Origin: Auanema rhodensis
Taxonomy: Eukaryota; Animalia; Nematoda
Length of the DNA: 64,000 nucleotides
Reading direction: 5' to 3'
Assembly (NCBI GenBank): GCA_964057225.1
Contig: OZ059898.1
Location: forward strand, 10,416,001 to 10,480,000
Shown: one piece after another, positions 53,001 through 61,463 of the stretch
How the letters are laid out: the number at the start of each line of letters is the position of its first letter
Position numbering within the stretch: position 1 is the stretch's first letter
Translations under genes and position numbers: made by a program
Notes under the pieces: generated by a model
Told to the model about the DNA's origin: nothing
The model's database searches: none
The model's input: the letters and a program-made list of their open reading frames with translations, nothing else

Positions 53001-55674
53001 GTATCTCTTTTTGATCGATTACAAGGGCTGATTGAGTGGTTGGTAACAGAATAATGCCGTCTCCAATTATCACATCATATTCACTCATGTCGATATAGTT
53101 GCATCGATATTCATAAGGCTGTTTCTCCCATATGATGATTGAGGTATCTGATGCACATTCTCCATGATGCGCTAAGCATCCTTCAGTATTTAGTATTAAA
53201 TTGGAGATTATAGTTTCATCTGGCATCCGTGTCATAACCCCTTTTTCGATAACCAATCTGGCTTTCTCTTCACATAGTTCATTATTAAAAGATCGGCCTG
53301 GCGAGAAGGAAGGCTCGTCAGTTGCATATGTTATGCTGTCGATCTTCTTTAATTCACTCCAATTCCATCTTCTATCTCTCACTGCCAGTCTGCATTCTGC
53401 AGCTGGTATCTTTTCAATTCTCGCTATCGTTGTATTGGTATCTCTAAGGAACAAAAGGTCTCTGATACACATTTTATGAATTTCTTTGGAGCATCTCCAT
53501 GCATCCCATTCATGTGCCGTTTGATTCCTTGTATAAAGATGAACTTTTGTTCGTAAGATATGCTTTATTGGTGGTAATAAGCATTTTCGGAGAGATGGGG
53601 GACGGAGAAGGGCTCCTCCAGTAGCTTTAGTACATAGCTGGTATGCTTCAGCTGTTGTAACCAGTGATAAGATTACTGATAAAGCTACGGCTAAAGTCAA
53701 AGGAGATATCAGAGTCAAATTATTGACTCTTGAGCCTCTACCTCTGCCTCTATTGTTGTTATTTCCCCTAAAGGTACTGTTATTTCTCTGTCTATTATTG
53801 CTCATTTCTTGATTTTGTGATGCATTATGGCTTCTTTGATACCCATTTTGATTTTGATTCTGATAATTTCGACCGCGGTCACCAAAATTGCGGTTCCTAG
53901 CAAATGGGTTTTGGAAATTCCAGCCTTTTTGATTTTTTGAAAATTTATGATAATTTTGATTGTTTTGAAAGTTTGGATGATAATTGTTATAATTATTATA
54001 ATTTTGATAATTTTTATTATTAAAAGATTGATAACCTCTTGCCATACCTCTCCCACCATTGTTTCTGCGCGGGGGGAAAGTTCTTTCAATTGCGTTAACC
54101 AATAGCGCCTGAGGGTCTGCTACTTGGTTTGCAATTGATTCCTCCCAGCGAGCACTATCAACAGCCTCAGCAAAAGTTTTGGGTTTTGCTCGAATTACCC
54201 CTGGGCGTATCGTATTTTTCAAGCCTCTCAAAAATGTGGACCTCAGAATGTGATCTTTATGAGTATCACTATTAGAGAAAGCATTTAAGCTGAGGTTTCT
54301 TAACGTTTGTGCAAAACCATCAATTGATAAATCGCCTTGAGTGCTGTTTTGAAGTGTGATAAGGGCAGGGTCTTGATTGTATTCGGGACACAGCTTGGAT
54401 GTTAACTCTTCTATTAGGGTAACCCAAGGTCCAGCTGTTCTGACCTTGTCAGGTAGCTCTAAATAAGCTTCCTCTGCTCTATCATTTTTCAATAGTAATG
54501 GTAAAATAGTTAGTCTTTCGGGCATCACTAAGCCTAAGGCGTTAGAAAAGGTATTAAACTTTGCCACGAAATCTCTAAAGTTACGACTTCCGTCGTATAT
54601 GGGGCAATAAGGTGAGCTTAATGCGTGCGCAATGGTAGATTTACCAGCTCCCGGAAGACGTGGTGTCTCCGTCATGGTTGGTATATCCTCAGGGTATGTG
54701 CGAGATGACGTAATCCCTTTACTGCCTGAGCTTCTCGCCGTTAAGTTCTTACCTCCCTTTTTCGAGTTACCAGATGTTGGATAACTAATGATAGGGGCGG
54801 CTGAGGAGAACCGCTTCCCTGGGAGTTTGATAACTCGACTCGTTGCCTGAGGCGTCGAATGTATTGAAACGCTTGAGCTGGGTATAGCGCTATCTGACTT
54901 ATTAAGGGCTGGGTTGGAGGATACGTGAAGAGAGTTATCAACTTGTTCTGTTGTTACCTCCCCTGGAGACAAATTCAAAACTTTTATTAAGCGAGCTGTT
55001 AAAGATTTCTTACTTTTGAACTTATCAGTAGTTAGTGATAAGGGCAAAACTTCGGTAATTTCCTGATTTGGTTCTACGGGATTATTAGAGGTTGAGCGCC
55101 TACGCGGTGTATTAGTTTTTCTTTTATTAATCTTTTTAGAATCAAGCTTTTTCGAATCAAGCTTATCAGTGATAACTGATAAGGGTGATTTGCGAATAGT
55201 GAGAGATGAGGTTTTATTAAGTTGTGAGTTTTCTATCGGAGTGGAAAATGCCTGCGGTGTTAGAGTTAGTTCAAAAGAAGATGCAAGATCGTTATCAGTA
55301 TTAACTGATAAAGTTGATAAGTTTAGGTGGGGGGTGGCTGGTGAAGTATTAGAGGTTATTTGTTTTGGTTTTTGAATTTTTTGAATCTTTTTATTACTTT
55401 TAAAAGAGTGTACCTTTGGAGTTGAAGCTGAAGTTTGAATATTGTAGTCCTGAATATAGAAATCAGGGTCCTCTTCGGTGTTGTCCGGAGGTGAATACGT
55501 GCCTTCTCGAGGAATGAAGGTTTTCTCGACTTTGGGTTTTACCTCTTGTTCAGGCTCTTCAATCTGAACACTGAGGAGTCGAGTGCGGCTTCTGGTTCGA
55601 CTGGCGACTGCGATGTCGTCACTGGACTCAGAAGGGTATAGAGCAGGGACGGCCGAAGAGTATCTTCGTGCCAC
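47020..55674 (-). CDS. Single Gag-Env-Pol polyprotein (Gag, gB-like envelope, aspartic protease, RT, RNase H, integrase)
   Basis: 2884 open codons. Capsid-like PIYDGSRNFRDF...FLRGL; protease LWDSGS (50584-50592); RT YLDD (49261-49272); RNase H ESDGS...EALG...TDH...DALSR; integrase H-x7-H...CIKC, D-D-E and DGPY. The track start is GTG; the first in-frame ATG is 54675. Confidence 0.95.
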   Translation of the reverse strand: MARRYSSAVPALYPSESSDDIAVASRTRSRTRLLSVQIEEPEQEVKPKVEKTFIPREGTYSPPDNTEEDPDFYIQDYNIQTSASTPKVHSFKSNKKIQKIQKPKQITSNTSPATPHLNLSTLSVNTDNDLASSFELTLTPQAFSTPIENSQLNKTSSLTIRKSPLSVITDKLDSKKLDSKKINKRKTNTPRRRSTSNNPVEPNQEITEVLPLSLTTDKFKSKKSLTARLIKVLNLSPGEVTTEQVDNSLHVSSNPALNKSDSAIPSSSVSIHSTPQATSRVIKLPGKRFSSAAPIISYPTSGNSKKGGKNLTARSSGSKGITSSRTYPEDIPTMTETPRLPGAGKSTIAHALSSPYCPIYDGSRNFRDFVAKFNTFSNALGLVMPERLTILPLLLKNDRAEEAYLELPDKVRTAGPWVTLIEELTSKLCPEYNQDPALITLQNSTQGDLSIDGFAQTLRNLSLNAFSNSDTHKDHILRSTFLRGLKNTIRPGVIRAKPKTFAEAVDSARWEESIANQVADPQALLVNAIERTFPPRRNNGGRGMARGYQSFNNKNYQNYNNYNNYHPNFQNNQNYHKFSKNQKGWNFQNPFARNRNFGDRGRNYQNQNQNGYQRSHNASQNQEMSNNRQRNNSTFRGNNNNRGRGRGSRVNNLTLISPLTLAVALSVILSLVTTAEAYQLCTKATGGALLRPPSLRKCLLPPIKHILRTKVHLYTRNQTAHEWDAWRCSKEIHKMCIRDLLFLRDTNTTIARIEKIPAAECRLAVRDRRWNWSELKKIDSITYATDEPSFSPGRSFNNELCEEKARLVIEKGVMTRMPDETIISNLILNTEGCLAHHGECASDTSIIIWEKQPYEYRCNYIDMSEYDVIIGDGIILLPTTQSALVIDQKEIPKQISSCFKQPIFHTTTGNYILLPQYPNDTNIHVLIEREYKKLPAKRDKKAIAECTVELNKEWIQKQEDFETLILNICPYPFLRPVMSNPGIYQIIPLIKARRAVNPSYSIIDWVSAHPEKFYFFLRSPVSDKSIQRFLQTYEIHDPEEAILYFLAQKELAATTRGAIRYLTSKQLLEQIGDRLTAHEFDEKLLEKDGSYRERAESIAMELAYTPVIFENNLSVPSRQEVLKSFVNMPPIRPTLTTDNADERIVLRNTLYLYHNLMTLRVIRPNKTAAAVDDEKFRQLTINVPDTNKLYRDKDSNYGISMGPHPRIQTPSADTRQLLIKTFLPLLEDIETPPYLTRRLSLTTTTDKPASLVQETTISYTTRIPTTTIVDTTTAVITTTLSPTTLATVTDTASRTLRKQRTSSPPVETREIQAQATYTASKVNNEIQFNLNVSRRIAQDHLQYTTTLIQEELQKHFMESYESICEIQNRYLELWRSILHIEPTIAMRTILGREDIAARFVGSDIVHVHICLPLQPKAVYHNHKINDTCYLETPVITEDERLYFAAPGSRDLLTHGKEIDCEHVPTDVYYQNGEWININGSVEVKPISLFDKAQYHQLTPLKFTGANLYTNLSLRVYSMSTAIAYGASLASIRQNHVLHTIHNDPKITSAFNLLKKGSDYISKAAEFTTSAWTSVKQFLIGSIERTLIFIGSIVTIAAVLIIFFVVAKFWFFRATPLTVMHVHEIDNEPPGYEETLELVSRPDQQMPDNIMKQYYPALVTFIPIAIPFVASIASAETKLPLIYISVEDKLILALWDSGSSVSYVRLSTLKYLNMAENVKKRHLVAMAANKSTFTFYGKINLVIEIAGYEIEHTFLVSNDHDCPAPALIGLDFMKALDSENIDVSLKPSKKRLEIGNNAIPLIGNESIKHTEITVNIINLRTKTLKPDEEAPIPIKTDKPLESNEVVVLGDSGSALKSLYPTAFRDTSGVYVMFRNDTDETIAMEANSVIGQAIIGEIPACEPFKHKPILPYVPPEADWESKLPYFPRDFIKDLDLENADLMKEEKHELTKIIESYREAFLNEDRKIGLFKGPIEHTIPLRTDMDMPKPRITRIPLGKQEEIEKQVKEMLEQGIIEPSTSLFNSPVVLVKKKDDTYRFVTDFRALNNVTRKQTYVIPSISDIVDLAAGAQFFSNFDLVSGFFQISLRKSDRPLTAFTTTSGTYQYKRMPMGLCGAPHTFQTAVRYLQSKCSCKLFVYLDDLLVISDTREQHLKDIDDLLQAVEELGMKIKLKKCAFAQPEVKFLGLIVGRQGIKPDPQKVAAIQDYPAPKNATGVRAFLGMVGFFRKFMKDFARIASPLYDLTKADTEFKWENKHKEALDLLKRSLIQAPVLSPPKSDRLFIVESDGSNIAIGAVLLQPEDPKQPLKNLHPIAFASRKLVKAERNYAPIEIEALGLVYALNQFRTYILGTHTICITDHRPLTSLMTRRDLFGRLAKFQLVIQEYDIEIKYRAGQLNKVCDALSRYIGEEANDAKPETKKKKIEEIHINAINTPTIKEIQLNTPWIKRTIAEIEYRAQKNMTANDRYCVINDLLYTKPTDKKPQPAIVIPQEHPIIEEIIKVFHEDPTIAAHQGIIKTKEAILRRFYWTNMQNDITIFIKNCIKCAQRKKDPHSMTVQPIGHFEIPSKPFERVHMDVMGPFPPSKRNCTYVITMQDAFTKWSTTIAVPQITTEITIDRFLRHFVYIFGPPHRLITDRGSNFVSKKFEEMCTKLGIKHEPTLPHQKNSNGQVERLHRTLEEGLTHYLKEDLSDWDTVLPKITFAINNIQHATTGIAPYIALFGKECRMSMDAELPETITQIQEISEELLQRRPDMDKRDEIIKNRIAKNQENAKKKKDRTQRTHHRDIQSGDMVMTTIKSHQIGQKLRKSYDGPYEVINVEGSKVQIRNSSGKLQDIHKDNLKIFSPASQNISYNTRARFRESQAEEDSDIEIIEVINRNNKDSIDAS
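50850..53718 (-). other. env: Env region of the polyprotein: signal-like segment, herpesvirus gB-like class III fusion ectodomain, TM anchor
   Basis: Hydrophobic LTLAVALSVILSLVTTAEA/YQLC; Cys-rich ectodomain with N-glycosylation sequons (NQT, NTT, NWS, NDT); gB-like block LQY...ICEIQNRYLELW...EPTIAMRTILGREDIAARFVG.D...C...TCY...IDC at ~51295-51655; TM LIFIGSIVTIAAVLIIFFVVA at ~50858-50919. Confidence 0.85.
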
Positions 55675-56090
55675 TTTGGAATCACTCTTGGTTTGGAAAA
55701 ACCGCGAGTGTTTCGTTATATGGGGGATGTTGACGTTGAATGAGTGACAAGAAATTCAGGTCGGTTATAGGGAAAAGTAAGAAAAGTTTGAAGATTGAGA
55801 CGTGGCGTCTTTCGCCGAGAGTCGTTATTAGATGAGAAAGAGTTTTAAAATCTTGGCCTGAGATCTGGCTCCGCCTATCTACCGTATTCTCTTTTCTTTA
55901 TTCTTTTTCACAGATGTTCATCAATTATAAATTTTGTTGGTCTTCGCTCTTTCCAGCCTCAATCTTAATACTTTACTCTAATTAAATTCTTGAAAGTATG
56001 AGAGAGATTTTCAGTCGTTTTATGTCCCCTTTTTATGCATAAGATTCTTTATATTTGTAGAGCTGAAGAAGGAAAAAAAAAAATCAAAGA

Positions 56091-56630
56091 ATGGCTTATG
56101 AAGGTCTATCGGGAATGACTTTTGTCTTGAGAAAGCTGTACGCTGACCTCGTCTTGTATGATCAAGACGAAGTGTTAGCTTATAGGCCTCACCCAGACAT
56201 GATTAAGATGGTTGGTTAAAACAAAGAAACATGTTATATTAATAATAAAAAAAAATTTTAGTTTATCGAGGATTTAAAAATGCATTATCTGGGGAGGGGA
56301 TTAGTGAATTTCTCCCTAATGCAAGAAATAGCGGATGAGGTTGCAGCTATTGGGCGATGGTGCCTCACCGATTTGTGCGCGCATTGGTATGAAAACCCCA
56401 ATTTAATCGCATCCCCTTGGAATTGGTATGAGCATAAGCCTCATGATTTTTATGATTATATGTCTAAAATTTTGTTTAAAATTTATTTGTTTTACGAACA
56501 GTCTCCTATGGGCTTATTGCTAAGGACCTCTGCGGATTCAGAGTATTCGCAGTATTTAGAGCCTAGCAATGAGCCCATCTCACAGCCTATAGAATTTGTG
56601 AGACAGTTGCATTTTAAATGGGGCTTTTAA
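56091..56630 (+). CDS. Two-exon antisense accessory gene of the gypsy element (exons 56091-56210 and 56262-56630; 162 aa, function unknown)
   Basis: ATG at 56091 opens 40 codons (MAYEGLSGMTFVLRKLYADLVLYDQDEVLAYRPHPDMIKM). A 51-nt AT-rich intron GTTGGT...TTTTAG (56211-56261) joins it in frame to FIEDLK plus the 116-aa ORF at 56280. AATAAA at 56647-56652. Confidence 0.7.
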
Positions 56631-57607
56631 CAATTGTTTTATATATAATAAATACTTAATTTCACTCATTTGTTCTCTCTCTCTCTTTTTTTTTTTCATA
56701 ACACAAACTTTGGTCGAGCTTATTAATAAAGAAGGAGTGCGTGCGCCTTGGGAAAATGGCTCATGTGCACGTTGATTATTAAAAGCCGTGGGCGATTCTT
56801 TTCCGGAATGATTTTGGCATGCTAATGAGATTCCGAGAATATTTAAAAAGATTGCTCATTTTACTAATGGACTGAGACCAAAGCTCGTTTATAAAACGCA
56901 ATTTTTTTCTTTAAACCATTTTACTAATTTATAGAATATTACAATATGAAGACTACGGTAGGTGTGTGGGAATATCTTATGATGTTAGCAACAAAAATGA
57001 GCTGAGGAAGGTGACACATTCTACGGAGAAGAAAACATCCGTAGCCCATGTGCTTTCGCCAAAATGACCTGACAGGCAATAAAATTTGTGCCAGGATTTT
57101 TCGGACTAGTGTGGTCTATTCTCACAATCAAAAAAAATAAAATAAAATAAAAAACCGAATAACGGCTCCCGCAAAAATATTTAGTTAGCATGCTCTTTTA
57201 CGCCTGAATTTAACTTTCAAATCTCTAGTCCTGACCACAATAAAATATTAAACTTTGTGCGCTTTCAAAATTTCATTCTAACTCCTCGTTGCCAAATAAT
57301 AATGAAATCAAAATTTCGTTTGGTGAAATTGTCCCCTATTTCGATCCAAACGTCCTCAAAAAAAATGCAAGAGAAGCGGTGCAGGATACGATATTATAAG
57401 GGTGGACACTCAGACGGTTTTATGAGTGGGGACAGCGGGTAAAATTTCAAAATTATATAGTCCTAGCTCTCTAAAAGAGAGATCCCTTGTACCTGCACCT
57501 TATACAAGTTGGCGCCCTCATTATGTTGCTAACCGTGGAGGAAGTTTTAATTTAGATATCAAAATAAGGACTTTTTATGCGAGTTTTTGCGACAAAAATG
57601 AGTTCGA

Positions 57608-57620
57608 GGTGGAACCTCCA
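57608..57620 (-). promoter_or_regulatory. Primer-binding site for tRNA-Gln
   Basis: Minus strand TGGAGGTTCCACC immediately after the 5' LTR, complementary to the metazoan tRNA-Gln 3' end GGTGGAACCT-CCA (recalled sequence). Confidence 0.85.
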
Positions 57621-57986
57621 CGTTCCATTATGCTCCTACGTATATTGAACAGACCATTGTAGTCTGCTCAACTACGCGTATAGTATTCCATAAGTGTAGC
57701 GGTATGGAAACAGAGCATAAGGATTACATAAGATAAGGAAATATATAGGTTTATTATACACAATACAATATCATTACAATACAATAACAGAAGGATAAAG
57801 TAAACTACACTTACAAGACAAAGACTAATATATAAGATTAACTAAGTTAGATGCAAACCGTCCATGGGCTTGCAAAGGGGCGAACTCCCGAATAGGGGCA
57901 TGAGGGAAGGCGGTGCCATTCCACATTCCTCTAGTCGGTCTGGCTCTAACCCTGCAGTTACATATATAGAGTCTCCGAATGGAACG
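57621..57986 (-). repeat. 5' LTR of the gypsy element
   Basis: 366-bp direct repeat adjacent to the PBS; minus-strand AATAAA at 57750-57755. Confidence 0.96.
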
Positions 57987-58055
57987 CGGGTAAAACTGTT
58001 GAACTAAAACAGTCTTTATAAAATATAAATGATATTTTTTTTATAAAAGTGAAGT

Positions 58056-58126
58056 TGCATCGGCCGGGAATCGAACCCGGGTCGCCCGCGTGGCAGGCGA
58101 GCATTCTACCACTGAACCACCGATGC
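58056..58126 (-). tRNA. tRNA-Gly (GCC)
   Basis: Same 71-nt sequence. Confidence 0.97.
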
Positions 58127-59151
58127 TTCGAAAATGTTAGATTGTTTCCGAAAAATTATGAAAAGTCAAGTTCTACTGATTTGAAGAGAATTGTAAGTTT
58201 TAGAAAAGAATTAAAGTTCAGCTATCTCTACTATTAACTGATTATCGGCTAAAATAAGGTAACAGTTTTTATTGAAAGTTTCCATGATTAAGATTAAACA
58301 AAGAAAAAAAATCAAAGAGAAACACTTCTTGTTTACTTATTTGATTATAACACTTGAAATTCCAACAAAAGTAAAGTAAAACTGTTAAAGCGAGTAAAAC
58401 TGTTGAACGATTTGAAGACAATTGTAAGTTTTAGAAAAGAATTAAAGTTCAGCTATCTCTACTATTAACTGATTATCGGCTAAAATAAGGTAACAGTTTT
58501 TATTGAAAGTTTCCATGATTATGATTAAACAAAGAAAAAAATCAAAGAGAAACACTTCTTGTTTACTTATTTGATTATAATACTTGAATTTCCAAAAACA
58601 GTAGAATAAAATAGAGAAAGCGACGAAAAAAGTTGAACGATTTGAAGAGAATTGTAAGTTTCAGAAAAGAATCAAAGTTCAGCTATCTCTACTATTAACT
58701 GATTATCGGCTGAAATAAGGTAACAGTTTTTATTGAAAGTTTCCGTGATTAATATTAAACAAAGAAAAAAAAATCAAAGAGAAACACTTCTTGTTTACTT
58801 ATTTGATTATAACACTTGAAATTCCAACAAAAGTAAAGTAAAACTGTTAAAGCGAGTAAAACTGTTGAACGATTTGAAGACAATTGTAAGTTGAAGAAAA
58901 AAATTAAAGTTTAGCTCTCTCTACTATTAACTGAATGTCGGCTGAAATAAGGTAACAGTTTTTATTAAAAGTTTCCATGATTAAGATTAAACAAAGAAAA
59001 AAAATCAAAGAGAAACACTTCTTGTTTACTAATTTGATTATAACACTTGAAAATCCAACAAAAGTAAAATAAAACTGTGAAAGCGGGTAAAACTGTTGAA
59101 CTAAAACAGTATTTATAAAATATAAATGATATTTTTTTATAAAAGTGAAGT

Positions 59152-59222
59152 TGCATCGGCCGGGAATCGAACCCGGGTCGCCCGCGTGGCAGGCGAGCAT
59201 TCTACCACTGAACCACCGATGC
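59152..59222 (-). tRNA. tRNA-Gly (GCC)
   Basis: Same 71-nt sequence. Confidence 0.97.
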
Positions 59223-60248
59223 TTCTAAAATGTTAGATTGTTTCCGAAAAATTATGAAAAGTCAAGTTCTACTGATTTGAAGAGAATTGTAAGTTTTTGA
59301 AAATAATTAAAAATTAGTTCTCTCTACTATTAACTGATTGTCGGCTAAAATATGGTAACAGTTTTTATAAAAAATTTCCATGATTAGGATTAAACAAAGA
59401 AAAAAATCAAAGAGAAACACTTCTTGTTTACTTACTTGATTATACTACTTGAAATACGAAAAAAAGTAAAGAACAATTGAGAAAGCGACATAAACAGTTG
59501 AACGATTTGAAGAGAATTGTAAGTTTAAGAAAAGAATTAAAGTTTAGCTTTGTCTACTATTAACTGATTATCGGCTGAAATATGGTGACAGTTTTTTATT
59601 AAAAGTTTCCATGATTAAGATTAAACAAAGAAGAAAAAATCAAAGAGAGACACTTCTTGTTTACTTATTTGAATATAATACTTGAAATTCCAAAAACAGT
59701 AGAATAAAATAGAGAAAGCGACGAAAAAAGTTGAACGATTTGAAGAGAATTGTAAGTTTCAGAAAAGAATCAAAGTTCAGCTATCTCTACTATTAACTGA
59801 TTATCGGCTGAAATAAGGTAACAGTTTTTATTAAAAGTTTCCATGATTAAGATTAAACAAAGAAAAAAAATCAAAGAGAAACACTTCTTGTTTACTTATT
59901 TGATTATAATGCTTGAAATTCCAAAAACAGTAGAATAGAATAGAGAAAGCGACGAAAAAAGTTGAACGATTTGATGAGAATTGTAAGTTTTAGAAAAGAA
60001 TTAAAGTTCAGCTATCTCTACTATTAAATGATTATCGGCTAAAATAAGGTAACAGTTTTTATCAAAAGTTTTCATGATTAGGATTAAACAAAGAAAAAAA
60101 ATCAAAGAGAAACACTTCTTGTTTACTAATTTGATTATAACACTTGAAAATCCAACAAAAGTAAAATAAAACTGTGAAAGCGGGTAAAACTGTTGAACTA
60201 AAACAGTATTTATAAAATATAAATGATATTTTTTTATAAAAGTGAAGT

Positions 60249-60319
60249 TGCATCGGCCGGGAATCGAACCCGGGTCGCCCGCGTGGCAGGCGAGCATTCT
60301 ACCACTGAACCACCGATGC
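60249..60319 (-). tRNA. tRNA-Gly (GCC)
   Basis: Same 71-nt sequence. Confidence 0.97.
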
Positions 60320-61463
60320 TTCTAAAATGTTAGATTGTTTCCGAAAAATTATGAAAAGTCAAGTTCTACTGATTTGAAGAGAATTGTAAGTTTTTGAAAA
60401 TAATTAAAAATTAGTTCTCTCTACTATTAACTGATTGTCGGCTAAAATATGGTAACAGTTTTTATAAAAAATTTCCATGATTAGGATTAAACAAAGAAAA
60501 AAATCAAAGAGAAACACTTCTTGTTTACTTACTTGATTATACTACTTGAAATACGAAAAAAAGTAAAGAACAATTGAGAAAGCGACATAAACAGTTGAAC
60601 GATTTGAAGAGAATTGTAAGTTTAAGAAAAGAATTAAAGTTTAGCTTTGTCTACTATTAACTGATTATCGGCTGAAATATGGTGACAGTTTTTTATTAAA
60701 AGTTTCCATGATTAAGATTAAACAAAGAAGAAAAAATCAAAGAGAGACACTTCTTGTTTACTTATTTGAATATAATACTTGAAATTCCAAAAACAGTAGA
60801 ATAAAATAGAGAAAGCGACGAAAAAAGTTGAACGATTTGAAGAGAATTGTAAGTTTTAGAAAAGAATTAAAGTTCAGCTATCTCTACTATTAACTGATTA
60901 TCGGCTAAAATAAGATAACAGTTTTTATTAAAAGTTTTCATGATTAGGAATAAACAAAAAAAAGAATCAAAAAGAAACACTTCTTGTTTACGTATTTGAT
61001 TATAATACTTGAAATTCCAAAAACAGTAGAATAAAATAGAGAAAGCGACGAAAAAAGTTGAACGATTTGAAGAGAATTGTAAGTTTTAGAAAAGAATTAA
61101 AGTTCAGCTATCTCTACTATTAACTGATTATCGGCTAAAATAAGGTAACAGTTTTTATTAAAGCGAGTAAAACTGTTGAACGATTTGAAGACAATTGTAA
61201 GTTGAAGAAAAAAATTAAAGTTTAGCTCTCTCTACTATTTAATGATTGTCGGCTAAAATATGGTAACAGTTTTTATTAAAAGTTTCCATGATTAAGATTA
61301 AACAAAGAAAAAAAAATCAAAGAGAAACACTTCTTGTTTACTAATTTGATTATAACACTTGAAAATCCAACAAAAGTAAAATAAAACTGTAAAAGCGAGT
61401 AAAACTGTTGAAATAAAACAGTTTTCATTAAATATAAATGATATTTTTTTATAAAAGTGAAGT

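Larger units (their letters stand above)
46411..57986 (-). mobile_element. Full-length env-bearing Ty3/gypsy (Metaviridae-like) LTR retrotransposon, 11,576 bp
   Basis: Two 366-bp LTRs with no difference seen. TSD CGGG at 46407-46410 and 57987-57990 restores the satellite aaagcgggtaaaac. PBS, PPT and an uninterrupted polyprotein with PR-RT-RH-IN order and GPY/F motif are present. Confidence 0.97.

Noticed and set aside
48145-55375. Short ORFs overlapping the polyprotein (e.g. 49856-50401, 181 aa)
   Set aside because: Shadow frames of a long coding sequence with no recognisable motifs.
57257-57662. Plus-strand ORFs of 61 and 78 aa near the PBS
   Set aside because: Short, non-ATG starts, and one runs across the PBS/LTR. 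No support.
57986-57990. 5-bp TSD GCGGG with the LTR ending in C
   Set aside because: The G at 57986 is also present at the end of the other LTR (46776) and completes the terminal inverted repeat, so a 4-bp CGGG TSD fits better.
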